Positions 1 through 13,909 of a DNA stretch of 64,000 nt are shown piece by piece. A program made the translations under genes and the position numbers. This DNA is from Lama guanicoe. Its lineage: Eukaryota. Numbering within the stretch: the stretch's first letter is position 1; each line of letters begins with the position of its first letter. Under the pieces are notes generated by a model that was given only the letters and a program-made list of their open reading frames with translations, made no database searches and had not been told where the DNA came from. The stretch is from the NCBI GenBank assembly GCA_013239625.1, contig MU056029.1, positions 868,001 through 932,000 of the forward strand, given 5' to 3'.

Positions 1-228
1 ATTCACTTTCATATTCTTCCTCACTGTGAGCTCCTACAAGGTATGGAATGTAGTTCCCAGAGTGCTGGATCTCTTGTACTCATTTTCTATGTCAACTATT
101 TTAACTGATCCTTTTGACTCCTCTCTTCATAAATCAAATTTTCTTCCTCTTGGATGTTTTCCTGCTTTTTTTTTCCAGTATAACTTATTACATTTTTAAT
201 CAAATCTATTCTCCTTGGGAAACCTGTG

Positions 229-875
229 GGTCCACACAAAAGCTACTAGAGCTGATTGCAGAATTCAGCAAGGTAGCAGGTTACAAAATTAACGTTCAAA
301 AATCAGTTGCATTTCTTTACACTAACGATAAATCAACAGAAAAAGAAAGTAAAGAAACAATCCCCTTTAAAANNNNNNNNNNNNNNNNNNNNNNNNNNNN
401 NNNNNNNNNNNNNNNNNNNNNNNNNNNNNNNNNNNNNNNNNNNNNNNNNNNNNNNNNNNNNNNNNNNNNNNNNNNNNNNNNNNNNNNNNNNNNNNNNNNN
501 NNNNNNNNNNNNNNNNNNNNNNNNNNNNNNNNNNNNNNNNNNNNNNNNNNNNNNNNNNNNNNNNNNNNNNNNNNNNNNNNNNNNNNNNNNNNNNNNNNNN
601 NNNNNNNNNNNNNNNNNNNNNNNNNNNNNNNNNNNNNNNNNNNNNNNNNNNNNNNNNAAAGGTCCACACAAAAGCTACTAGAGCTGATTGAAGAATTCAG
701 CAAGGTAGCAGGTTACAAAATTAACGTTCAAAAATCAGTTGCATTTCTTTACACTAACGATAAATCAACAGAAAAAGAAAGTAAAGAAACAATCCCCTTT
801 AAAATAGCACCCAAAGTAATAAAATATCTGGGAATAAATCTAACCAGGGAGGTGAAAGAATTATACACAGAAAAT
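229..875 (+). mobile_element. Young L1 ORF2 internal fragment (RT C-terminal part), interrupted by an N gap
   Basis: Translates [32 protein letters not shown]...[19 protein letters not shown], typical L1 ORF2. 229-372 is repeated at 661-804. Confidence 0.92.
373..657. other. Assembly gap (N)
   Basis: Run of N. Confidence 1.
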
Positions 876-1290
876 CTAATTTGATTTTTTATTCCATTTT
901 TTTTCCTGGAATTTGAAAATCTCTTTCCTTTTTTTTTTTCTGCTGTTGTTGTTCCTCTTTTCCTATTCTTAGTTTTTGTGCATCTGCTTTAATATTTTTT
1001 AAAGGATCTCTATTTCAGTTTAGAGTGCTGTGTTAAAGGGTTTTTTTTTTCTGATTCTTGGTTGTTTATTGGGTTAGGAATATTCTTCAATAGACATATG
1101 TTGATTTTCATTGTCTTTTTTTCTTCATTCAGTAGCTTGAAACAGATCAAGATTTAAGTTTGTTCATTTTGTGAGCACAGTTGATATTCCACAGTGAACT
1201 ATAAGATTTCCAGTTCTAGAGTATCCTTTTTTTCAGTATAGCAAAGAAGAGTAGTGTGGTTTATTTAATAAATGGCTTTTTTAATGAGTG

Positions 1291-1814
1291 TGTTGGGAGT
1301 CCCCAAAGACTCATAGGACTTGGAAAGCTTTTGTATTCCTCATTACAGTTTATTACAGCAAAATGATAGTTTAAAGTTAACAACAGAAAAAGATGCATGT
1401 GACAAAGTCCAGGAGAAACAAAGTGCAAGTTTCCAGGTGTTCTTCTCAGTGGGATTATACTAATGCAGTAAAGGTATGTGACAAGAGGTACAGAGCGGTA
1501 CCAACCAGGGAAGCTCACCCAAGCCTTGATGTCCAGAGCTTTTATTAGGAGTCAGTCACACAGACCTGCAGCAACTGCATTATCTACCCCTGGCAGCCAG
1601 ACTCCAGCTTCTTTTGAGCAAAAACAAGCATTCACATGAACTGCTTTTGTTAGCGTCAACTCTGATCAGGCTAGTCTGCCTGTAGAGGCTTTCTTATTAG
1701 GCAGAATATTCCTAAGACTTGGAGCTTATCTCCCAGAAGCTGGCCAAGGGCTTTTGCTGGGAATGTGCAAGGTTTTAGCCACTCAGGTCTGCTGAGTTAA
1801 CCCTTGTCTGCACA
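1291..1814 (-). mobile_element. MER68/MER77/MER21-group solo LTR
   Basis: Minus strand begins TGTGCAGACAAGGGTTAACTCAGCAGACCTGAG and ends ...GGGACTCCCAACA, resembling this LTR group. Confidence 0.7.
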
Positions 1815-2764
1815 GAAGAAGATGGGCTGTGGGCCCTTTGGATTTCCCCTTTCCTTTCATCTCCCAGAACCTACATTTCTTTTATTGCTTCTTCTCCTCA
1901 CTAGCCAGTACCCAAAGGGCTCCTCATCTTCTCTATTTTCAGCATCGTCACCCACTTTCGCCTCAGAAGCAGTGCATTTTGGAGACTGTCCCCTCAAGCC
2001 CTCTGTGCTTTTAAATCTCTTCCCTAAAGTCAGTTCTTTGAAATTCTAGGACTCCTTCAGGTGGTGATGTTTGTCCAAATCTTAGGCTTTCTTGTTTCTT
2101 CTCTCTTACATAGAGTTCATCCAGCTTCTTCTACTTGCCCCAATTCTTCCAGGGGAAGCTTGAGCTCCACTAAATCGAATGGTTTTTTTTTTTTCATTTG
2201 TTTAGAAGTACTCTTTTATATTGTCTCTAACCTTCCAGTTTTGTTAAGGATGTGGCATTTTGTGTGGTTTTATGTATTTTTCTTGTTAATCTGTATAGTC
2301 ATTGTTGATTTCTTTTCTTTTCTTTTTTTTTTTCATTTTGTTGTGTTTTTGAAGATTGTGGTGAGATTTTGATTAAGTAATTTCCATGATCTCTGATCTC
2401 TTTTACTACTCTTTTCACAGCTACACTCCTTCCTTTGTTTTTCCTACACTGGCAATATATTTAAATTGGATTAGAAAATTAAAAGCAAAACTAGACAAGA
2501 AACAAACAGAAAAACACAGCACCAAAAGCATGCACTTATGTTCATGTTTCATGTTCCCTGTACCTTCTCTGTATATAAATAAGGATATAGAGAGATATAC
2601 ACATTTTTATTAAAGTACAAATTTTTAAAAAATAGAACTCTTTCTACATATGCTGTTTTATATTCTATTATCATTTGTTATATTGCAAAAACATGCTCCC
2701 TTCAAAAGTATGTATCCAAAATTATCCTGTTAAGTGGTCATCTTGCATAAATATACTTAACACA

Positions 2765-5700
2765 CTTTTTGGTTGTACATTTAAGTGTGATTCATTTTTC
2801 TCAATATTTAAAGGTAAACTATAGTTCCTTTAAGAGTCCCTGTGTTCTCATCGTATTTTCTCTTTCATTCCTCTATACAAATGATAATATATTCAAAAGT
2901 TCATCTGAAAGTTGTTTATATGGCTATTAATATGACTTGCTGTCCATATGAACTGTGTAAGGTAACAGTATAAGTCATTAATTATCACTTCCATTAGACA
3001 ATATGAATAGTGCCTGTTCAGCTTACTCTACAGTCTTTTCCCCTTGACTTCAGCACCACTACAGGAGAAAAATCGAGAATTTCTTCTTTGATTTCTGAAA
3101 TTCAAAGTTCAGTGGTTTTAATAGAGTTCCTGTGAATTTCAGTTTTCACTTGTGAGAGGAACCGTATTTCAGAAATTCACTTTTAACCTTTTGGGAGCTA
3201 CTTCAATAAGCACAAATCTGCGCCCAGGTAAGAATTTTGCTGTTGCACTCAAAATAATGAAAACTCTTGTTTGTGACGTATTCTCAATGGCAGGTGCTGT
3301 TTTCATATAATTGGATCTGCTGAAAGAAATAGAAATATTCACAAAGAAGTAGATTTTAGAATTAAATGGAATAACTTCAAATCATTGCCTATTTTATTTT
3401 TCATAGTTCCTTGTTCAGTTTTGAGCTACTAATTGAGAGCTATGCATTCTTTTTCTTTTTTGGTGGCCTTTAAGTTATTAACAAATATACTTGAACAAAA
3501 TAAATAATCAATGTCTACATCCTCCCAAAAAAGATAAAAGTCTTAGCATGATATGTCTCTACTTCTCCTCTTCTATTTTTATCTGGCATTTTGTTACCAG
3601 ATTTACAGTGTAAAACTGAAAAACAAGTCATTTATGCAAAAGTATCTTCCACTAGTATCTTTGATCATTTTTTTGTATCCTATTTCTTCATCATGCTTTA
3701 ATTTTCCTTGCTGAAATATAATTTCTGCTCATTTTTGCAGAGTCTGTCTTAGAAAAAAATTCCGAGTTCTTTATGATCTAAGCGTCATTATTTTGCTCTT
3801 ACATTTGAGTGAAGTTCTCCTTAATGTAGAATTCCACTTTAAAAAGCTCTTTCTTTCAGCACTTTTAAAATATTGTTCCATTATCCTCTTAGGGTTATTC
3901 TTGTTAATGAGAGACTAATGTTAATCTGAATTTTGCTATTTGTAGGATATTTGTTTTTCTCTCTGGTAATAAAGAATTTTTTCATGTTTTCTTTTTTATT
4001 TTGGTTGTTTTCACATCTGATTCCAGGAAAGTTATCAGGTATATATATATGACATGCGCAGAAAAGTTCAAAAATAAAGATGTCCAGTCAGTGATTTAGC
4101 ACAAAATGCAATACTTTGTGTAGTACTTGTGTAACACCACTCACAAGAAAAGAAATTATCATAACTCCAGAAACATCACTTATGTCAGTCACCAGNNNNN
4201 NNNNNNNNNNNNNNNNNNNNNNNNNNNNNNNNNNNNNNNNNNNNNNNNNNNNNNNNNNNNNNNNNNNNNNNNNNNNNNNNNNNNNNNNNNNNNNNNNNNN
4301 NNNNNNNNNNNNNNNNNNNNNNNNNNNNNNNNNNNNNNNNNNNNNNNNNNNNNNNNNNNNNNNNNNNNNNNNNNNNNNNNNNNNNNNNNNNNNNNNNNNN
4401 NNNNNNNNNNNNNNNNNNNNNNNNNNNNNNNNNNNNNNNNNNNNNNNNNNNNNNNNNNNNNNNNNNNNNNNNNNNNNNNNNNNNNNNNNNNNNNNNNNNN
4501 NNNNNNNNNNNNNNNNNNNNNNNNNNNNNNNNNNNNNNNNNNNNNNNNNNNNNNNNNNNNNNNNNNNNNNNNNNNNNNNNNNNNNNNNNNNNNNNNNNNN
4601 NNNNNNNNNNNNNNNNNNNNNNNNNNNNNNNNNNNNNNNNNNNNNNNNNNNNNNNNNNNNNNNNNNNNNNNNNNNNNNNNNNNNNNNNNNNNNNNNNNNN
4701 NNNNNNNNNNNNNNNNNNNNNNNNNNNNNNNNNNNNNNNNNNNNNNNNNNNNNNNNNNNNNNNNNNNNNNNNNNNNNNNNNNNNNNNNNNNNNNNNNNNN
4801 NNNNNNNNNNNNNNNNNNCTTTTTGGTTGTACATTTAAGTGTGATTCATTTTTCTCAATATTTAAAGGTAAACTATAGTTCCTTTAAGAGTCCCTGTGTT
4901 CTCATCGTATTTTCTCTTTCATTCCTCTATACAAATGATAATATATTCAAAAGTTCATCTGAAAGTTGTTTATATGGCTATTAATATGACTTGCTGTCCA
5001 TATGAACTGTGTAAGGTAACAGTATAAGTCATTAATTATCACTTCCATTAGACAATATGAATAGTGCCTGTTCAGCTTACTCTACAGTCTTTTCCCCTTG
5101 ACTTCAGCACCACTACAGGAGAAAAATCGAGAATTTCTTCTTTGATTTCTGAAATTCAAAGTTCAGTGGTTTTAATAGAGTTCCTGTGAATTTCAGTTTT
5201 CACTTGTGAGAGGAACCGTATTTCAGAAATTCACTTTTAACCTTTTGGGAGCTACTTCAATAAGCACAAATCTGCGCCCAGGTAAGAATTTTGCTGTTGC
5301 ACTCAAAATAATGAAAACTCTTGTTTGTGACGTATTCTCAATGGCAGGTGCTGTTTTCATATAATTGGATCTGCTGAAAGAAATAGAAATATTCACAAAG
5401 AAGTAGATTTTAGAATTAAATGGAATAACTTCAAATCATTGCCTATTTTATTTTTCATAGTTCCTTGTTCAGTTTTGAGCTACTAATTGAGAGCTATGCA
5501 TTCTTTTTCTTTTTTGGTGGCCTTTAAGTTATTAACAAATATACTTGAACAAAATAAATAATCAATGTCTACATCCTCCCAAAAAAGATAAAAGTCTTAG
5601 CATGATATGTCTCTACTTCTCCTCTTCTATTTTTATCTGGCATTTTGTTACCAGATTTACAGTGTAAAACTGAAAAACAAGTCATTTATGCAAAAGTATC

Positions 5701-6249
5701 TTCCACTAGTATCTTTGATCATTTTTTTGTATCCTATTTCTTCATCATGCTTTAATTTTCCTTGCTGAAATATAATTTCTGCTCATTTTTGCAGAGTCTG
5801 TCTTAGAAAAAAATTCCGAGTTCTTTATGATCTAAGCGTCATTATTTTGCTCTTACATTTGAGTGAAGTTCTCCTTAATGTAGAATTCCACTTTAAAAAG
5901 CTCTTTCTTTCAGCACTTTTAAAATATTGTTCCATTGTCCTCTTAGGGTTATTCTTGTTAATGAGAGACTAATGTTAATCTGAATTTTGCTATTTGTAGG
6001 ATATTTGTTTTTCTCTCTGGTAATAAAGAATTTTTTCATGTTTTCTTTTTTATTTTGGTTGTTTTCACATCTGATTCCAGGAAAGTTATCAGGTATATAT
6101 ATATGACATGCGCAGAAAAGTTCAAAAATAAAGATGTCCAGTCAGTGATTTAGCACAAAATGCAATACTTTGTGTAGTACTTGTGTAACACCACTCACAA
6201 GAAAAGAAATTATCATAACTCCAGAAACATCACTTATGTCAGTCACCAG
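2765..6249. repeat. 1431-bp direct duplication (2765-4195 / 4819-6249) around a 623-N gap; probable false duplication
   Basis: Copies are offset by 2054 bp and both abut the gap. I saw one difference (A3883 vs G5937). Confidence 0.93.
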
Positions 6250-6269
6250 CAAATTAAGATTAAAGGATT

Positions 6270-8550
6270 TACCTCATTTTGACAAAGAACATCTACTAAA
6301 AACCCATCACCATATAACTGGTGAAAGACTGAATACTTTCCCTCTTAGAGTGAGAACAAGCAAGGAATCCACTTTGATCCCTCTTATCCAGCATAGTTCT
6401 AGCCAGTGCTATAAGGCAAGAAAAAGAAATAGAAGGCACACAGATTGAAAAGGAAGACATAAAACTTTGCTTATTTCAGATGATACAATAGTTTAATAGA
6501 GAATTTCAAACAATCTATAGAACAAACAAATTGCTAGAATTTAGAAACATGTTCAGCATATCACAGGACATAAGATCCACACCCCCAAATCAACCACATA
6601 TCTATATACTTAACAATGAACATGTGGAAACTAAAATTAAAAACACAATATCATTCACAATCACTCTAAGTTTAATGGTATACTTAACAAAGTAATGTAC
6701 AAGACCTGTATGATGAAAATGACAAAATGCTGGTGAAAGCAATCAAAAAAGACCTGAATATGGAGAGAGGCATATCATGTTCATGAACTGAAAGATTCAA
6801 CATAGTCAAGATGTCGATTCTTACCAAATCGATCTGGAGGTTTCTATTAATATCTATCAAGACCCTGTCAAGGTTTTTTGTAAATGTAGACAAGTCTAGT
6901 CTAGTCTAAAATTTATATGGAGAGGAACAGAACTTAGAGTAGCTAATGCAATCAATAAAGGAGAATAAATTGAAAGGAATTACTCTGATGCGAAACATTA
7001 CTATATAGTCACAGTGATCATGATAGTGTGGACAGTGTGGACATTGTGGCAGGAGAGATACATAAAGCAATGGGACAAAGTAAGAACCTAGAAATAGACC
7101 TACATGTAGTCTCAACTGATTTTTGACAATGGTGCACAAGCAATTTAATGAATAGCCACAAACCAATTGGATCATAATCAACCAATTCAGTCATAGTCAA
7201 AAAAAATTAATCTTGAACTTAACCTTATACCATATGCAAAAAAAAAAAAAACTCAAAATGGACCACAAACTAGGCTTTAAAATGTGAAACTATAAGGAAA
7301 AAATAATAGAAACCTTTGGGATATAGTACAAGGCAGTTCTTAGACTTAACCTAAAAGTATTATCCATAAAAAGAAAATTCAATTAATTGGATTTTCACAG
7401 AAAATTTTGCTGTGAAAGCCCATGTAAAGAGAATGAAATGACAAGATACAGATTTAAAGAAAATATTTGCAAAATACATATTTGACAAAGAACTAGTATC
7501 TAGAACACATATAGAGATCTCTTAAAATACAAAGTAAACTAAACAACCTAATAGACAATGGGCAAAAGGTATAAGGAAATTTTTCATCAAAGAGCATATG
7601 CAGATGGCAGATAGGAAGATGCAAAGATGTTTAACATCATTATCCATTTGCAAAATGCAAATTAAAGCCACAATGAGATATCACTGTATACATATCTGAA
7701 TAGCTGAAAGAAATAATACTGACATCAAATGCTGGCAAGGACATAGGAAAACTGGACTGCTCACACACTGCTTGTGTGGTACAGCCATTCTGGAAAACAG
7801 TTTGTCAGTTTCTTATAAAACTAAACATGCAATTACCATATGAACTAGCAATTAATTGCACTCCTGGGCATTTATTGCAGAAAAATGAAAACTTATGTTC
7901 ATACATTTAAAAAAACTTATGTACATGAATGTCAGTAGCTTTATTTGTAATTGCCCAAAATTGGAATCAGCCCACAAGTTCTTGAACAAAGCGAATAGAT
8001 AAACTGTTGTACACACGTCCTAGGGCGATAAAGAACAATCTACCAACACATGAAACAATTTGGATGAATCGCCAGGGAATTATGCTTAGTGAAAAAAAAA
8101 ATCTAACCCCAAAAGGTTATGCATTGTGTTTTTCCATTCAGGTAACAGTATTTTAAATTAAAAATGAAAAAAAAANNNNNNNNNNNNNNNNNNNNNNNNN
8201 NNNNNNNNNNNNNNNNNNNNNNNNNNNNNNNNGAGTTATAAAAACACCAGGGATCTTCATGGTGTTAACTGTTCAGTATCTTTACTCTTGCAGTGGATGC
8301 ACTAACCTACACAGATGATAAAATTGTGTAGAACCTAATAACCACACTTATATGTGAATATACGTGAAACTGGGGAAATCTGAAAAAGAGTAGTGGATTA
8401 CATCAGTGTTAATATCTTGGTTGTGATATGATTTTGCAAAATGTTATCATGGGGGAAAAATTGGGCAAAGGCTACAAAGTGTTTCTCAGTATTATTTCTA
8501 CAGTTGCATGTGATTCTGCACTTACCACAAGAAAAATTTCAACTAGAAAA
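6270..8550 (+). mobile_element. Old L1 (L1MD-like): decayed ORF2 3' half plus 3' UTR; N gap at 8176-8231
   Basis: Decayed ORF2 motifs (GERLNTFPLR...; atgcaaattaaagccacaatgagatatcac) and an L1MD-like 3' UTR (gatgataaaattgtgtagaacc...gcatgtgattctgc). Confidence 0.8.
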
Positions 8551-9107
8551 GAATAAATACTAAGATTAGAGCAGACCAATGAGCCCATCCTAGTAACAGT
8601 GACTTATTCCTGAGCAAAAGAGCTCTACCTTATGACAATGCTAAAAAGGGATATGAAATTAGTCAGCTCTCAGGGTGGGAACCACTTGTATTTTTCAGTT
8701 GTGATGTGCAGTCCCCTATAGACTAAATAAATAACACAAACTGAGCCACACTGCACTTTTTGGAAATGTCACTTCGTTTATATGATTTAAATGCTAAGGA
8801 TATACAATTATTTTCTCTCTGAGAGACAGTCTAAAGCATGGGGGATAGTTAATGTAGGAATGAATAAACAAGGTAGGCACATGGGGGGGTCATGTGCATT
8901 GGGGTCTCCCAAGAATCAAACATGTTGTCCTGTGATGGTCACAGTGGAAGGGGACTTCATTTATCATTAGTCCAATATGATTCTATAAGTACAAATAAAA
9001 TGACTTGGGCACTATTGGATATATATTGATGTGTGGAACTTCTTCATTTTTGTGTCATTCCATAAATGTATCTTGTATTTGGAGTTAATTAAATGCTGTA
9101 CTGAAGC

Positions 9108-9642
9108 TGTAATAGGGAAGAACAAATCTGACTCCATATTAGATCTGTCCTTTGGCTCTAACCCTGTGCTGTTTCCCATGATGAGTCAGGCTGGTTCTGC
9201 ACCTTTTGAAAAAGAATGTTTCCTAGAGCCTGAAATAGACAGGAAAGCCCATTCTCAAGGCTCTGACCTTTAAGGGTGTAACACTTTCCCATTCATATCG
9301 AGATAAAAAAATTACAGAACAGAGAGTAACAGTTGTCTTGGAGGTTTACAGGAACACCATGACCTGACCCATGTGGACAGCTGCAAGAACAAAGGATTCC
9401 AACACCAAGAAGTTTGCAACAACCAATACACCCCTTCCCCTTCTTAGTATAAAGAATTAAATATAAAGTATAAAAGGAGACTGAATTCTGACTTGGGGAA
9501 AATGATTTTTCAGGACATTCTTCTGCCATCTTCTCAATCTGCTGGCTTTCTGAATAAGATCATTATTCCTTGCCCCAACACCTCATCTCCTGATTTATTG
9601 ACCTGTCATGGGGTGAGCAGAATGAGTTTGGACTCAGTAACA
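9108..9642 (+). mobile_element. ERV1-type solo LTR
   Basis: TG...CA termini (TGTAATAGGG...CAGTAACA), TATAAAA at ~9469 and a downstream AATAA-like signal. Confidence 0.75.
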
Positions 9643-11277
9643 AGGTCTACTGTGCCTACAGACCACTTAGTAACCCCTTACACTTGGATCTCTCCATACT
9701 TGGTCCTTACACTCCACACGGAATGAAGTAGGGGATGGGGACAACCTAGGGGCTACCAGCCAGGCACAGCTCTGTGGGAGCTAAAGGTGGGGTGCAGTCC
9801 TAAATGGGATTGGCCAGTCCATTCCCATACCTACATGGAAGCCCTTAAAATAAGCATTAAACACAGAAAGCTCTAGATAATCCATGAGGCAGTAGAAGCC
9901 TCAGAAACAAAACTGCAGAGAGGAAAAGAGAAGAGGGGTGAGCAGTGGCAGAAGGAGCAGAGCCACAGGGACCGAATTGGTAGAAACTCAGCTGGTGAAC
10001 TGAGCCACGGGCCACACAGCCTGTAGGGTGACAGCCACGAGGGGAGCTGCTGAGTGGTTACCAGTGTGGCCTGGCTCCTCCCTTGGATTTCCAAATTGCT
10101 ATGGAGACAGGAACTGCCAATGTTCTGCGTCAGACCTTCATCATTCCCATTTTGGCCACTCAAATGGTTGCCTGGTCATACCCTTGCTTCCATCCATGTT
10201 ACACTCCCAGAACCTACCATCAACAATTTCCAAACTCATCAGATTATGGCTCAGTCTTCCTACGCTGCAACTCCTGTGTGTGGTGCCCCTCTGCCCTCAG
10301 GCTGAAGTCCAAGGGCTCAAAGGACCAAATCAGGCTCTCATCAATGTGCCTCCAAATTTTGATGGGTATAGCAACCTCTTATAGTACATGATGATAATGA
10401 CTCTGATTCTGCTCGTAGGTAGACCTCAACAGTCCACTCAGTTTCTATTTTTCTTTTGAAAAATAGTTATAGTTTATGCAAATGACCATTCATGTGGTTT
10501 AAAAGGAGAAAGTCTAAAGGGATTTTGAAAAATCTGCTTCCTGCCTTTGGATTCACCTGCTATCTCTCTCCCCTCTCCTCCTACTTCTTGTTTATCTTTC
10601 CAAAGATATTTTATGCTAATACTTGCCAGCATGAACATACATCTTTTTTCTTTAATTTAATGCAAATATTTACATCCAATGCAGGTTGACCACAAGTTCA
10701 TGTGCTTTCTATTTATTTATGATTTCCAACACTCCTCCTTCCAAATAGTTAGACATATTGGGTGGGTGAACGCCTTTGGTAAAACATTGACTTTCCAGGA
10801 AGATTAAAACAAAACAAATATAAATTACAACAGATGATAAAATAAAATAAGTTAATAACTTTGAGAGAAGGAAAACTGAAGACATCTCTTGGTTGGGAAA
10901 AAAATACATAAGTCTTTCTACAACCTAAGATACATGCAAGCTTGTGATTTATACTTTTTTTAATTTGGGAAAATAAGCTAAGCTAATTTATGGTTTAAAA
11001 TTGAAGCAAAGACCCCAGGGGCAAAGAGGTAAAGACAATGACTGCTTACATTTTCCAACACAAAACACACTGCCTGGCACATAATAGGCGTTCAATGAAA
11101 GTTTTGATGAAATCATAAATGTATGAATAAATGAAATCATAAGCATGTGAATGATTTTGTTTTAGGATAGAGACAGACCCAACTATATAGAACCATGGAA
11201 ACTCAGTAGTCCCTAAAGAAAGATACTACATCTGTTTCATAATTTTGACTTAACAGTTTTCCCATCTGTGTTAAAAA

Positions 11278-11430
11278 TATTATACAACACAGAGACTATA
11301 GCCAATATTTTATAATAACTATAAATGGAATATAATCTTTAAAAGTGGTGAATCACTATGTTGGATACCTGAGACTTATATAATATTGTACATCAACTAT
11401 ACCCCAACAAAAAGCAAATAAAATTTTAAA
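11278..11430 (+). mobile_element. L1 3'-end fragment
   Basis: gaatcactatgttggatacctgag...ttgtacatcaactatac followed by an A-rich tail. Confidence 0.75.
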
Positions 11431-12118
11431 ACAATATAAAAATGATACTAATGAGATTTGTGTTGTGATTCAATTAAATCAAATCTCCCTTAAAACTTAC
11501 GTGAGAATCTATGTGTAATTTGAGAGTGGCTGCCGCTATGCTAGTCTCTCTAGCTGCCTTATTTAACATAATTATGCAGCATCATAAAGGAGAAGACGTG
11601 CCCCCAGCACCTCTGGCCCCTCCAGCCGGAGGTAAGCTAGCATGTCAAAGAGGGTCTCATTCTCCAGCCTGTCCATGGTGCCCCAAACACAGTAGGGAAC
11701 ACACTTTCCTTTTTCATAAAGAGTTGGGAATAACAGAAGACAACTGTCCTTTACAGAATGGTTCTACAGAACAGTTGCACAGGGCGAGCCCCCCTGGGGT
11801 CCTGGGCTGAGTCAGCTCTGTGACTCACTTTCCCCTCCCTGGCTGGCCGTGGACAGCTCAACTTTCAGTCCCAGTGGGTCAAGGAAAAATGACTCCATTC
11901 CATTTCCTTACCCAGGTCTGTCCTAATCCCTGAATGAATGATACAATAATAGCAATTTCCTTCCAGGCAAAACCTACCTCTGCCACACTCAAGGGAGTGT
12001 TCTGACCCCGTGACCACATCAGCCAGCACTCTGGACATGGAGCATGTCTGCTTTCCTTGGCTTCAGATCTGCAGATATGGGAAGCCAACAGCACAACCCA
12101 GGGATTACAAGAAGCTCA

Positions 12119-12595
12119 TATTATGGAAGGCAAGTTCGTGTGCCTGCTGCACCATGAGGCCAAACAAACTGAAATTTTGGAGTTTAAAACAAAGAAAGAT
12201 TTACTGCAGGGCTGAGTAAGGAGATGGGGTGACTCATGCCATGAAAACCCTGAACTCACCTAAGGGTTTCAGCAAAGCATATTTAAAGGCCAGGTAAGGG
12301 AGGAGGGGGTCACAGGGTACCTGATCAGCTCATGCACGATCCTCTGACTGGCTGATGTCAAGGTAACAGGGTATCAACACTATCAAGGTCTGGGGGCACC
12401 AGAAGGTCTGGGAGCCATGTGCTCTTGATCATCAAGAGGTAATTTCTTCTTTTTGGTGGTGGTTTTTAGTATTTGAAACCTTCAGGACATATACTTGAGA
12501 TATTATGATCTGAGTACTTCAGAGAGGAGCTACAGCAGAGGATACGGGGGTGGGGTCTGACCCTGGATGGTCCCACAAGGTCCTGCTCAGTTACA
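12119..12595 (-). mobile_element. ERV1 solo LTR with 4-bp TSD CTCA
   Basis: Minus strand starts TGTAACTGAGCAGGACC. CTCA occurs at 12115-12118 and 12596-12599. Confidence 0.85.
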
Positions 12596-13304
12596 CTCAG
12601 ACAATTCCTTTTTATTTTTTTCAGTTATATATATATATATATTTTTTTTTCTTTTCAGATTATGTTCCATTATAGGTTGTTACAAATACTGACAGTTCCT
12701 TTTTAGTTCCACCTTCTCAGAAGTGCAGAATACTTGGGTCCATTTCCCCACAGCAGCCACACATTCAAGCTCCCCAGAGAAATAACACACGAGAGACCCG
12801 AGCCACTCCCATCTCAGCACGTGATGCATCCAGCCCTGCAGCAGCTTCAGAGCCCGGGACCAACACAGCCACAGAGCTGCCCTTCCTGCTTCCGGTGGAA
12901 CCATTTCTCTTTGATACACACTTGGAGTAGAAATTCTGGGTCATACAATGACTCTATGTTTAACATTTTGAGTAACTGCCAAACTGTCATGTAGACTCAG
13001 GCATGACAAAGAAAGATGTTAGAATTATCAGATGGAGAATTTTAAGTTGTTATAAGGTGGCAATTTGAATAGCTTAAAAATAAAAATATCTAAAATAATC
13101 ATATCAATAACATCAATATGTTTAGAGCTCAAATAGAGTAAAATAGACAACATACAAGAACAGGTGAGTAATATATGCAAAGATGGAAACTCTAGAGAAG
13201 AATAAAGAAGAAATGCTAATATCAAAAATACACTAACAATTGACACAACACTGTAAAATGATTATGAATCAATAAAAAATGTAAAAAAAAATACACTAAC
13301 AGAA

Positions 13305-13430
13305 GAGGGTGGGTAGAGCTCAGTGGTTGAGCATGTGCTTAGCATGCATGAGGTCCTGGGTTCAATCCCCAGTACCTCTATTAAAATAAATAAACAAATA
13401 AAAACCCAATAACCCTCCCCCAAAATATAA
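13305..13430 (+). mobile_element. Vic-1-like tRNA-derived SINE
   Basis: A box (agctcagtgg), B box (ggttcaatcc), cagtacctc and an A-rich tail; same family as 35980 and 47888. Confidence 0.88.
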
Positions 13431-13564
13431 TAACAGAAATGAAAAATGCCTTTGATGGGCTCATTGGTAGATTGGATATGAACAAGACCAGATAGAATCA
13501 GTAAGCTTGAGATAGCCAATAGATATGTTCCCAAATGAAATACAAAGAAGAAACAATTTTTAAG

Positions 13565-13566
13565 AA

Positions 13567-13621
<55 letters not shown>

Positions 13622-13623
13622 AT
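13565..13623 (+). repeat. (TAAA)n microsatellite
   Basis: About 14 perfect TAAA units. Confidence 0.97.
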
Positions 13624-13856
13624 GAGACAGAGAGAGAATATAGCATCCTAGAACTGTGGGAATGGCTTCAAAAGGTATAAATGTGTACAATTGGAATCCC
13701 AGAAAGAGGGTGCAATAGAAGTATTTGTAGTGGCTGAGAATTTGTTAAAGATAATCAGACACAAAACCACAGAAGCACATCAAGTGGGACAATTACCTAA
13801 AAACAAAAAACAAACACAAAAACAAAACCTAGACATAGCTTCATATTCTAACTACA

Positions 13857-13909
<53 letters not shown>

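Noticed and set aside
3054..3227. Exon-like segment with a good acceptor and a CAG|GTAAGA donor (repeated at 5108-5281)
   Set aside because: Stops in all three frames and no recognisable homology; at most a non-coding exon.
4088..4984. Long ORFs across Ns (also 114-884)
   Set aside because: Artefacts of N runs that contain no stop codons.
13305..13380. tRNA-like sequences (also at 35980 and 47888)
   Set aside because: SINE heads with A-rich tails and TSDs, not tRNA genes.
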